DNA from: Acutalibacteraceae bacterium
Lineage (GTDB): Bacteria > Bacillota > Clostridia > Oscillospirales > Acutalibacteraceae
Direction: 5' to 3'
NCBI GenBank assembly: GCA_045580545.1
Contig: JAZNOA010000007.1
Location: forward strand, 65,007 to 129,006
DNA length: 64,000 nucleotides
Shown: one piece after another, positions 1-7,832 of the stretch
How positions within the stretch are numbered: the first letter of the stretch is position 1
Layout: every line of letters starts with the position of its first letter
Notes under the pieces: generated by a model
The model's input: only the letters and a program-made list of their open reading frames with translations
Databases searched by the model: none
Told to the model about the DNA's origin: nothing
Made by a program: the position numbers and the translations under genes

Positions 1-757
1 TCGAGATTTTCCATATCCTACGGATGCACCTCATCAATATTAAGTACAAGTTGGGCTTTACGCCAAATTACCGTCCCTGAGGCACGGCAAATTTCCTTGC
101 CATTGAAAGAAGCAACGGCAGTAAATCCAAACCATCGGCATTTTCGGTTTCAGTTTCAATGAAAACAGTACCGTTTTTAAGGCTTGGAGTCATTTTAACT
201 GACCTAATATATGCATCGGGTGTGCTTTCAAGCCAAACCGTTTGCCAAATACCTGTAGTGCGGGTATAAAAGCATCCGTAAGATTTTAACTCACTTGACT
301 GCTTGCCGGAGGGTATGGAAAAATCCTGAGGATTATCTTTGGCACAAATTGTAATATCGTTCTCACCGTCAACAATCCAAGGAGTAATATCAATTCTTAT
401 GGATGTGTAACCGCCGAAATGGGTACCGGCTTTATTTCCGTTTACATAAACTATTGTTTCATAGTCGCAAGCACCGATATTTAAAAATGTCCTTTTATTA
501 TTACTTCTCCATTCATTAGGTAAAGTAACCTTTCTTTTGCACCAAACGCAGTACATAAAATCGGTGTTTTCAATACCCGAAAGTTTGCTTTCGGGACAGA
601 AAGGAACAATAATTTTCCCGTCAAATTTGTCTAAATTAAAGTATTCTTTGGGTTCGCCGCATTTTTCATTGTCAATCTTAAAATCCTATTCGCCGTTAAG
701 ATTGATCCAATTTGCTCTTTCAAATTGGGGAGTTGGATATTCAGGTCTAACACACAT
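1..757 (-). pseudogene. GH2-family glycoside hydrolase (N-terminal sugar-binding region), interrupted by in-frame stop(s); runs off the window start
   Basis: ATG 757-755 follows AAGGAG (772-767). The translation MCVRPEYPTPQFERANWINLNGE-[TAG 688-686]-DFKIDNEKCGEP... continues in the same frame into the 68..556 ORF, which has the GH2-like stretch VYVNGNKAGTHFGGYTSIRIDITPW. TAA at 70-68 is followed by an open frame (...KPNLYLI...) to the window edge. Confidence 0.6.
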
Positions 758-897
758 AATTCTTATCTCCTTATTAAAAAATTATTTTTCTATAGCATAA
801 TATAATTAAGTTATGCATAAATGAATGTGTTTTTTAAGCAGTTAAGTGAGGATTTTAAGCATTATGGAAATTTTTCCTTTTTTCGCACATAAATGAT

Positions 898-1101
898 TTA
901 GAAAACTCTTTGTTTTCGGTAAATCAAATTATAAGGTATACCGTAAATCTTCCAATGTATATGTTGTTGAATATATTGTGAAAGGTGAGGGGACTGTCCG
1001 ATGTTACGGAAAAAATACCGAATAAATTCAGGGTATGTATATATTTTGCCAAAGGATATGGAGCATCTGTGTTTTTCAAATAAGAACAATCCGTGGCTCA
1101 A
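898..1101 (-). pseudogene. Possible remnant of an AraC-family regulator C-terminus
   Basis: The 67-aa ORF contains ...FGKIYTYPEFIRYFFRNIGQSP..., which resembles the second HTH of AraC proteins (compare CGFSDPLYFSKVFRKTYGISP in the 32447..33241 gene). No N-terminal domain and no obvious RBS. Confidence 0.25.
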
Positions 1102-1138
1102 GAAATAGTTTAATGTTACGGGAAAACTTTGTAAAAAA

Positions 1139-1621
1139 TTATTTTATTCTTTTTTCCATTGTGATTTTCAGCGGTGTCATACCGCAATATTCGTAGAACT
1201 TATAGGCACTTTCGTTGAATGACCAAACGTTGAGGGTGATGTTATCAAAACCTTTTTCCTCAGCGAATTTTTCTACGTAATCATAGAGACTTTTGCCTAC
1301 GTGTTTACCCCTTGAATTTTCATCAACACAGATATCGTCAATATAAAGCGTTTTTTTGTCTTTTAAGAGTATACTGTCTTTGGTTTCTTCAAACATGCAA
1401 AAAGCATATCCTAAAATATAATCTTTTTCATCTGTGGCAACAAAAATAGGGGAGTTGTTATTACCGATTATCCCGACAAGTTCTTCATCGCTGTATTTTT
1501 TGGTTGCGGTTTTAAATATATCCGGTCTGCCTTCAGCATGTATTTTTGCCACCTGAAACAGAAGTTCGTTTATTCTTTCTGCATCCCGTGTTTCTGCTTT
1601 TCTAATTATTATTTTTGTCAT
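1139..1621 (-). CDS. GNAT-family N-acetyltransferase
   Basis: Start trimmed to MTKIIIRKAETRDAE (ATG 1621). The acetyl-CoA binding-like motif VDENSRGKHVGKSLY is typical of the GNAT fold. Confidence 0.8.
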   Translation of the reverse strand: MTKIIIRKAETRDAERINELLFQVAKIHAEGRPDIFKTATKKYSDEELVGIIGNNNSPIFVATDEKDYILGYAFCMFEETKDSILLKDKKTLYIDDICVDENSRGKHVGKSLYDYVEKFAEEKGFDNITLNVWSFNESAYKFYEYCGMTPLKITMEKRIK

Positions 1622-2315
1622 TCCATTTGTAACCGTTAACGGTTTTGTTAATTTTTTCCATTCGCTCGTCAAGGCTGGCACTCATTGTTGCACATTCAAG
1701 CAATTCTTTTCCCATATCCTCGGTAAATTCAAAATTTTTCTTGTATCTCATTTGATGTTCAAGACTTGCCCAGAAATCCTGTGCAATGGTGCGAAGTTGA
1801 ATTTCAACCTTAACCATATGTTTTTCGTGTTGTAAAAAGATAGGTATTTCAATAATTAAATGAAGGCTTCTGTAACCGTTGGGCTTTGGATTTTTTATAT
1901 AGTCCTTAACTCGAATAATTCTTATATCATCTTGTTTTAAGAGTGCTTCCGCTATATCATAAACATCGTCAAGGAAAGAACAGATAACCCTGACACCGGC
2001 AATATCGTTTAGTTTTTTTTCAATCTGGTCAGGCGTTGCCATAATGCCCTCCCTTTGCAGTTTTTCCCGTATGCTGGAGAATGACTTCAGTCGGCTTTTG
2101 ATGCTGTTTATGGGGTTTCTGTCATGTTTCAATGAAAATTCCTCGTTAAGCACCTTCAGTTTGGTTTCAACCTCCATAATAGCACAGCGATAGTAAACCA
2201 TAAGGGTGCTCATTTCCTCAGCCATTTTTTCAATCAAATCTGCGGCCTCGGTGGTTGTTGCCAAAAGTTTTTTAATACTCTTTTCTTCTTTATTGCTCCA
2301 TTCCAATTTTTTCAC
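1602..2315 (-). CDS. Small alarmone synthetase (RelA/SpoT-domain GTP pyrophosphokinase, RelQ/RelP-like)
   Basis: 237 aa with the synthetase motifs KNPKPNGYRSLHLII and VEIQLRTIAQDFWASLEH. No hydrolase or regulatory domains. Confidence 0.85.
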   Translation of the reverse strand: MKKLEWSNKEEKSIKKLLATTTEAADLIEKMAEEMSTLMVYYRCAIMEVETKLKVLNEEFSLKHDRNPINSIKSRLKSFSSIREKLQREGIMATPDQIEKKLNDIAGVRVICSFLDDVYDIAEALLKQDDIRIIRVKDYIKNPKPNGYRSLHLIIEIPIFLQHEKHMVKVEIQLRTIAQDFWASLEHQMRYKKNFEFTEDMGKELLECATMSASLDERMEKINKTVNGYKWNDKNNN

Positions 2316-2425
2316 ACCTCTATTACTTAACAGATACTATAAGTATTATAACATTCTTAAACCGATGTTACAATACCGATTTTAACAGATTAAATTTAAT
2401 AAAATATGAAAAGTCTTAAAATTTA

Positions 2426-2454
2426 TTGACAAAACTCGGCTTTTGATATATAAT
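2426..2454 (+). promoter_or_regulatory. Sigma-A type promoter upstream of the tRNA-Pro locus
   Basis: TTGACA (2426-2431), 17-nt spacer, TATAAT (2449-2454). Confidence 0.55.
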
Positions 2455-2478
2455 GATTTGGCTGTCAAAATCACACAA

Positions 2479-2604
2479 TTTTTCACCGCTCCAAGGTGTA
2501 AAAAAATTTGGGCACCGCAAGAGGGCTCCTCTGAATTGAGAGCAGAGTTTTTAAAAATTGAATATTTCCGGGTGTAGCGCAGTTGGTAGCGCGCCTGCTT
2601 TGGG
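2479..2604 (+). repeat. Repeat unit A: ~90-nt leader plus orphan 5' fragment of tRNA-Pro (2568-2604)
   Basis: 126 bp, roughly 93 percent identical by eye to 2666-2791. It ends in ccgggtgtagcgcagttggtagcgcgcctgctttggg and then diverges (tgaggttgcgag...). Confidence 0.85.
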
Positions 2605-2665
2605 TGAGGTTGCGAGTGCGTCCTGTGGACGGTTAAACGAGCAAAACGAAGCGTAGCGGTCAAAA

Positions 2666-2795
2666 TTTTTCACCGCTCCAAGGTGTAAAAAATTTTGGGC
2701 ACCGCAAGAGGGCTCCTTTAAATTGAGAGCAGAGTTTTTTAAAATTAAATATTTCCGGGTGTAGCGCAGTTGGTAGCGCGCCTGCTTTGGGAGCA
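2666..2795 (+). repeat. Repeat unit B: leader plus 5' half of the split tRNA-Pro(UGG) (2755-2795)
   Basis: Same leader as unit A. The tRNA acceptor 5' strand, D arm, anticodon stem 5' strand and loop are intact up to tttgggagca, followed by unrelated sequence. Confidence 0.85.
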
Positions 2796-2896
2796 CACAG
2801 CAGTTAAGACTCCTAAAATTCAACACCACCCCGAAAACCCTTTATTTATGCGGTTTTCGAGACTTCACAAAAATTAAAAAAGCGGTCAAAATTAAA

Positions 2897-2918
2897 TTTG
2901 ACCACAGTTTGTCCCACA
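2897..2918 (+). repeat. 22-bp direct repeat, left copy (tttgaccacagtttgtcccaca)
   Basis: Exact copy of 28614-28635. Confidence 0.85.
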
Positions 2919-2963
2919 ATTGAAAATTTTTTCAAAAATCGGGACGCAAAAACAACTTAATAT

Positions 2964-3039
2964 CGAGGTGTGGCGCAGTTGGTAGCGCACTAGTTTTGGG
3001 AACTAGATGCCGCAGGTTCGAGCCCTGTCACCTCGACCA
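2964..3039 (+). tRNA. tRNA-Pro (anticodon UGG), intact, CCA encoded
   Basis: Cloverleaf read by hand: acceptor CGAGGTG/CACCTCG, D stem GCGC/GCGC, anticodon stem CTAGT/ACTAG, loop TTTGGGA, T stem GCAGG/CCTGT, T loop TTCGAGC, then ACCA. Confidence 0.95.
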
Positions 3040-3042
3040 AAA

Positions 3043-3075
3043 ACGCTCAGGAACTACTTGTTCCTGAGCGTTTTC
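3043..3075. terminator. Bidirectional intrinsic terminator
   Basis: 12-bp stem acgctcaggaac/gttcctgagcgt, flanked by an A run upstream and a T run downstream. Serves the tRNA (+) and the 3115..5007 gene (-). Confidence 0.7.
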
Positions 3076-3114
3076 TTATTAAATTATATGTCAATTTAAT
3101 ATTCTATGCCAATT

Positions 3115-5007
3115 TTACTTTGATACGACCTTAACCAGCGTTTCTAGTCGTGCCTTATTTTCAGCACGTGTTTTTTTAGGATAGTTTAATTTATCACAAA
3201 TATATTCTATCTTTTGGCAGAATATATCTACACTTAATTTTGACATATAAAGTTCGCCGTCTGAATTCCTACGACTAATATGCCACTGTTGTTCGTCATC
3301 CAACGGATGTTCTGGTCTAAAATCATAAATATTAAATATTTTATGTTCAATTTGTGTAATCCACGCAGCTCCAACCTCTGTTAATGCTCCCCAAGACGTT
3401 TTGGTATTATTACTTGTAATGAAAATTACATACATTTTTTGTGTTGAATAACTATCAACAAAGAAATCTCTCAAATAATCATATATGCCGCTTTTCCCAA
3501 CATCACCTTCTGGTATTCTGGAAATTTCATCATCGCAGTTGGTATATATTATATCTTCGCCTGGCACTCCATTAAACAAAAGCATATTATATACTATATC
3601 AGCTAAATCCTTGTCGGGATACGTTTGGCTTATTAGAATTTTTTTCTTCTGTGAATCAATTATGCTTTTAATACCCATATCTGGGCTATTTGTATTTATT
3701 TCGTCCTCAAGAATTGATTCCACTTCTGATAAACCACTTACACCTATACCAAATTTTTCAGAAATTTTAGATGCTGCTTTTCTGGCAGTGTTTTTTCTAA
3801 ACCTGTCTACTGAACTTCGAAATGTTTCTTCATTTTTTCGTTGTTCTTCTAACTTTTTCTCTTCTTTTTTTCTTTTTCCTAAAGAAACAAACACATCACG
3901 CATTTTAAGTATATCAGGTAGAAGCGTTCCTCTAACATATTCTAATACCGCTTGGTACCTAGGATCATCAGATTTATACCCCTGTCTATTACTCAGTGCC
4001 ATATCTGGTAATTCTGTAAGCTCAAAAATATCTACATGCAATTGCCCCACAACATACACTTCTGAAAGTTTATTCTGGCCTACTACTGGAAGAATATTAA
4101 ACTCACCCATTTTTTGGTTTGCATATAGAGATATAAAATTATCCGGAAAATCTGTCATTTCCGCTTTTCGTCCACGAGTGCTTTTGTAAGTACCGATCCA
4201 TCCATGTATTTCTACATTATATGAATGCGATTCTCCGTTTTTATCTTTCATTTCAATAGGTACAGAAGCCATTGATAATTTTTTGCACAAATCACTCTTA
4301 TTGTTTTCAAAAGGCGTATTAAACAGAGAAGTTAATTCCGAAAAGTCTTTTCCTAGAGTTATAAGTGTTGATAATTCAGAAATTATTTCTTTGTCATACT
4401 CACATATAGTTTCTTGTTCTGTGCCTCTTATGATATGAATTTTAAACGACTCATCAACCAAAGGAAAAATTTTAAGCAAGTTTCTTTTTATTGCTTTTAA
4501 AGTACTATGTAATTTATATTCGGGTTTTTGCATAACTACAGCTGTCCCATTGCCAGTTATTTTTTCAAATGTAATTTTATCTTCTTCCAATGGCTTCAGC
4601 AAATTATCATCGCCTATATATCTAGAAAGAATAAATCCAGATTTTTCAGAATTAGAAATAGTTTTAACAATTACATTTTCAGAAACAGAAAGCGCCGCCA
4701 GTTTCCCTACTCCTTTGCGCCCCATTTTCTTTCTGTTAAGATCAGTCTGTGCTTCATCTTCAGTAGTGCGAGAAACTGCAGCAACATTCAAATATTTTCG
4801 TATATCACCATTTTGATATGACATTCCCTTGCCATCATCCTCAACCGTGATATCATCCTTATTAGCAATAATATAAACATTATGTGCATCAGCATCGTAA
4901 GCATTAGCAATTAATTCTGCTAGAACATAATAAATATTTGTATACAAACTAGGTCCTAACAATTCTAGAATTCGAGGATCAATATTTAATTTATATTCTT
5001 TTTTCAA
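3115..5007 (-). CDS. GHKL (MORC/Hsp90-like) ATPase with a C-terminal TIR-like (flavodoxin-fold) domain
   Basis: Bergerat-fold motifs ELIANAYDADA, VEDDGKGMS and GRKGVGKLAALS. Lys/Glu-rich linker. The C-terminus KKILISQTYPDKDLADIVYNML...MYVIFITSNNTKTSWGALTEVGAAW has a TIR/DUF1863-like pattern. TTG start, with RBS AAGGTGA overlapping the end of the upstream methylase gene. Confidence 0.7.
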   Translation of the reverse strand: MKKEYKLNIDPRILELLGPSLYTNIYYVLAELIANAYDADAHNVYIIANKDDITVEDDGKGMSYQNGDIRKYLNVAAVSRTTEDEAQTDLNRKKMGRKGVGKLAALSVSENVIVKTISNSEKSGFILSRYIGDDNLLKPLEEDKITFEKITGNGTAVVMQKPEYKLHSTLKAIKRNLLKIFPLVDESFKIHIIRGTEQETICEYDKEIISELSTLITLGKDFSELTSLFNTPFENNKSDLCKKLSMASVPIEMKDKNGESHSYNVEIHGWIGTYKSTRGRKAEMTDFPDNFISLYANQKMGEFNILPVVGQNKLSEVYVVGQLHVDIFELTELPDMALSNRQGYKSDDPRYQAVLEYVRGTLLPDILKMRDVFVSLGKRKKEEKKLEEQRKNEETFRSSVDRFRKNTARKAASKISEKFGIGVSGLSEVESILEDEINTNSPDMGIKSIIDSQKKKILISQTYPDKDLADIVYNMLLFNGVPGEDIIYTNCDDEISRIPEGDVGKSGIYDYLRDFFVDSYSTQKMYVIFITSNNTKTSWGALTEVGAAWITQIEHKIFNIYDFRPEHPLDDEQQWHISRRNSDGELYMSKLSVDIFCQKIEYICDKLNYPKKTRAENKARLETLVKVVSK

Positions 5008-5009
5008 CT

Positions 5010-6068
5010 TTAATCACCTTGTATTTTTAAATCATATTCTTGTAGATGCCTAATAATGGACAATCCTATAATCTCACCCAGTCTAACTGGAACAGCATTT
5101 CCTATATGACGAGCTATATCCCTAAATACAAATGGTACTTGCGGATTTATAAAATCATAATTATCAGGAAATGTTTGAAGCAATGCACCTTCTCGTAAAG
5201 AAAGTGCTCTATCTTGTTCTGGATGTCCAAAACGTCCTGTGCCATAACTAAAAAATTGTGTAGTAATTGTAGGACCGATTTGATTCCATGTCATTCGTCC
5301 ATATACTGAGCTATATGTCTGACCACTATCTTTACGATGACATTTACATCTTAATTCTTCAGGCCAATCCCTCCAAGTACCACCAGGAATAGAAGCTCTA
5401 ATACGTCGCAAATTAATTTCCGAAAGTACTGCTGAGCGATGAAGCGGATCATTCGGATCAACTTGACCTGCTTCAATAACTGGTAATCCTTGTATAAAAT
5501 CCGATACATGAACATCCTTTTTGTTGTGTGTATGTTCAACCAATTTAATTGGTCCTAATAAAGAAGCTATTAGGACAAAACGTCTACGCGTTTGCGGTAT
5601 GCCATAATCTGGACAAAATACAACTTGTTCATCAAAATGATATCCATTTTCTTTTAATATTTTAATGAATTTTTTATAAATACTTGTTTCACGAATTTGT
5701 GGTACATTTTCCATTGAAATAACTGTAGGCTTGACTTCAGTGATTAATCTACCAAATTCCAACAATAAATTATATTTATCATCTTTTTTGTTTTTAGCAC
5801 CAAGTTTAAAACGCATTTGAGAAAAAGGTTGACAAGGTGCACATCCAACTAGAACTTTTACGGAGTTTTCATCGTAAAGTTCAATGATTTCCTGACCTGT
5901 TACTTCACGAATATTTTTTATTTTATAAACAACTTGATTATTATGTTCATATGTATACTGACAAGTTTGGTCTATATCATATCCTGCAATAACATTGAGA
6001 CCTGCGTTAAGCAATCCGCGCGTTAGGCCTCCTATTCCACAAAACAAATCAACAATCTGTACTGGCAT
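5010..6068 (-). CDS. DNA (cytosine-5)-methyltransferase
   Basis: Motif I DLFCGIGG, motif IV GCAPCQPFS, motif VI ENV, motif VIII QTRRRF, motif X GNAVPV. Start trimmed to MPVQIVDLF (ATG 6068, AGGAG 6 nt upstream). Confidence 0.9.
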   Translation of the reverse strand: MPVQIVDLFCGIGGLTRGLLNAGLNVIAGYDIDQTCQYTYEHNNQVVYKIKNIREVTGQEIIELYDENSVKVLVGCAPCQPFSQMRFKLGAKNKKDDKYNLLLEFGRLITEVKPTVISMENVPQIRETSIYKKFIKILKENGYHFDEQVVFCPDYGIPQTRRRFVLIASLLGPIKLVEHTHNKKDVHVSDFIQGLPVIEAGQVDPNDPLHRSAVLSEINLRRIRASIPGGTWRDWPEELRCKCHRKDSGQTYSSVYGRMTWNQIGPTITTQFFSYGTGRFGHPEQDRALSLREGALLQTFPDNYDFINPQVPFVFRDIARHIGNAVPVRLGEIIGLSIIRHLQEYDLKIQGD

Positions 6069-6101
6069 TATATCTCCTACTATTCTATAAATCATTATGT
6101 G

Positions 6102-6314
6102 CTATTCCGCAGACTTTCCAGATTTGATCCAGTTATCTACTTCATCTAATTTAAATTTCCATTGTCGCCCTATTTTTTGTGCTGGCATTTGCTTATTTTC
6201 AATCCACTTGAAAATAGTATCTCTACTTACGCCCAAATAGTCACAAACCTCTTTTAGAGAATACCATCTGTTGATAATATCCAATATTGATACCCCTCTT
6301 TCTATTTCTAACAT
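6102..6314 (-). CDS. Excisionase/AlpA-type (HTH_17-like) DNA-binding protein
   Basis: 70 aa with YSLKEVCDYLGVSRDTIFKWIENKQMPAQKIGRQWKF, the typical MerR-superfamily excisionase HTH. Confidence 0.7.
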   Translation of the reverse strand: MLEIERGVSILDIINRWYSLKEVCDYLGVSRDTIFKWIENKQMPAQKIGRQWKFKLDEVDNWIKSGKSAE

Positions 6315-6415
6315 TATAACATATTTGTGAGAAAAAGCAATATTATAAAGTCGATTTTAATAGATTATAATAGAACAAAGGCGATTTAACTCATTTTCTC
6401 ATAATAATGATTTCT

Positions 6416-7822
6416 TCATCTTAATCGCCTCTTTTTTTCTTTTATCATCTCTGCCAGCAGTCTCTCGCATTCTTCTTTTGTCTTGGCATACACATTAAAT
6501 TTCTTACGTTTGCCATTGGGAAGACGCGGATAATAACTGCCCTCCCACAAGGTGTCGTTTATTTGATACACGCAACCTGTTCCTGACTTTCGAATCTTTC
6601 GCTCTAAGGGTTTGAAATCGGGTGCAGGTTGCGTTTTTATGTTCGGCTTTGGTGTTTGCTCTACCTCTGACATCTCGACGTCTGTACCGCCTATTTTGCG
6701 GTCTATGTTTATTGCCGCTTGCATCTGCATTGTGTCGGTCATATGGCTGTATATGTCAAGCGTTGTTGCGGCGGAGACGTGCCCTATTATTGATGATAAA
6801 GTTTTTACGTCCATACCGTTTTCAAGCGACCTTGTTGCGAATGTATGCCGTAGGTCGTGGAAGCGGATTTGTTTACAGTTGGCTCTTTCTAATAACCGTT
6901 TGAGTATGTGTGTTATGGAACTTGGGTGCCTTGGTTGGTTGAGTTCAAGCGGTGACGGGAATATCCACTCGGAATTCACCGTCTTTTTATATTCTCTGAA
7001 CACCTCAACCACCGCAGACGGTAGCACCAAAGTACGAATTGATGATTTAGTTTTAGGTGTTGATATTTGTATTGTGCCACGGGCGGCTGTCGCTTGTCGG
7101 CGGATTTTGAGTTCGCCTGTGCGGAAGTTTAGGTCTTCCCACTTGAGTCCGAGCATTTCACCTTTACGCATACCCGTTGAGAGTTCAAGCAAGAACATTT
7201 CATAAAACCCCTCTTGCTTTGCTTGTATTAAGAACCGTTTTGTTTCTTCTGTCGTCAACACTTGCATCTCTTGAGCTTTCTTAGGCGGTAGTTTGCAACC
7301 TATTGCAGGATTTACTTTTATCAGTCCCTCGTCAACCGCTTTTTGAAGTGCCGTTCTACAAGTCGTGTGACAAGCTCTTACCACTCTATCCGAAACTCCC
7401 TCACCGTACAGCTCAACATATTGTTTTCTACCACTCTTTTTAAGCTTTGCATAGAACTGTTGCAAGTCGTTTTGCGTTAACTTATTCAGTTGTATTTTAC
7501 CAATGCTAGGGATTATGTGATTGTATATTCTGCCCTCGTAACATACCATTGTGGATTCTCTGAGTGACGGTTTCGAGAAGTTCTCATACCAGAACTCAAG
7601 CCAATTTCCAAACGACATTTCAGGTGTACATCGTGTGCTAACTGTTCCGTATTCTTCTCTAAGTTTTTCTAACTTTTCAGCACACTCGGTTTTAGTTTTA
7701 GCAAGGACGTTTTTGGTCTTGGGCAAACCGTTTTCATCATAGCCGATTACGACTCTGCCTTCCCATCTTCCGTCCTTGCGTTGTCTTAGCATTCCTTTGC
7801 CATTGCTTCTTCTTTTTGCCAT
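6416..7822 (-). CDS. Tyrosine recombinase/integrase with N- and C-terminal arm-type domains
   Basis: Catalytic signature RFHDLRHTFATRSL...IGHVSAATTLDIYSH. N-terminal GRWEGRVVIGYDENGLPKTKNVLAKTKTECAEKL is repeated near the C-terminus as TLWEGSYYPRLPNGKRKKFNVYAKTKEECERLL. Confidence 0.9.
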   Translation of the reverse strand: MAKRRSNGKGMLRQRKDGRWEGRVVIGYDENGLPKTKNVLAKTKTECAEKLEKLREEYGTVSTRCTPEMSFGNWLEFWYENFSKPSLRESTMVCYEGRIYNHIIPSIGKIQLNKLTQNDLQQFYAKLKKSGRKQYVELYGEGVSDRVVRACHTTCRTALQKAVDEGLIKVNPAIGCKLPPKKAQEMQVLTTEETKRFLIQAKQEGFYEMFLLELSTGMRKGEMLGLKWEDLNFRTGELKIRRQATAARGTIQISTPKTKSSIRTLVLPSAVVEVFREYKKTVNSEWIFPSPLELNQPRHPSSITHILKRLLERANCKQIRFHDLRHTFATRSLENGMDVKTLSSIIGHVSAATTLDIYSHMTDTMQMQAAINIDRKIGGTDVEMSEVEQTPKPNIKTQPAPDFKPLERKIRKSGTGCVYQINDTLWEGSYYPRLPNGKRKKFNVYAKTKEECERLLAEMIKEKKRRLR

Positions 7823-7832
7823 ATCGCACCTC

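Noticed and set aside
686-688. The in-frame TAG in the GH2 gene as programmed recoding (pyrrolysine or suppression)
   Set aside because: The position aligns with a conserved Trp (TGG to TAG is one transition). No pyl genes are in the window and other genes use TAG/TAA as normal stops. A nonsense mutation or sequencing error is the simpler explanation.
2382-2829. Two minus-strand ORFs (93 aa and 92 aa) covering the tRNA fragment repeats
   Set aside because: They run antisense through the duplicated leader and tRNA-Pro 5' fragments and mirror the repeat (both contain KQARYQLRYTRKY, the translation of the tRNA D arm). No RBS; artefacts of the repeat.
3485-4821. Plus-strand ORFs (234, 97 and 88 aa) inside the GHKL ATPase gene
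   Set aside because: They are antisense to a well-supported CDS, have low-complexity Ser/Phe/Leu-rich translations typical of AT-rich antisense frames, and lack an RBS.
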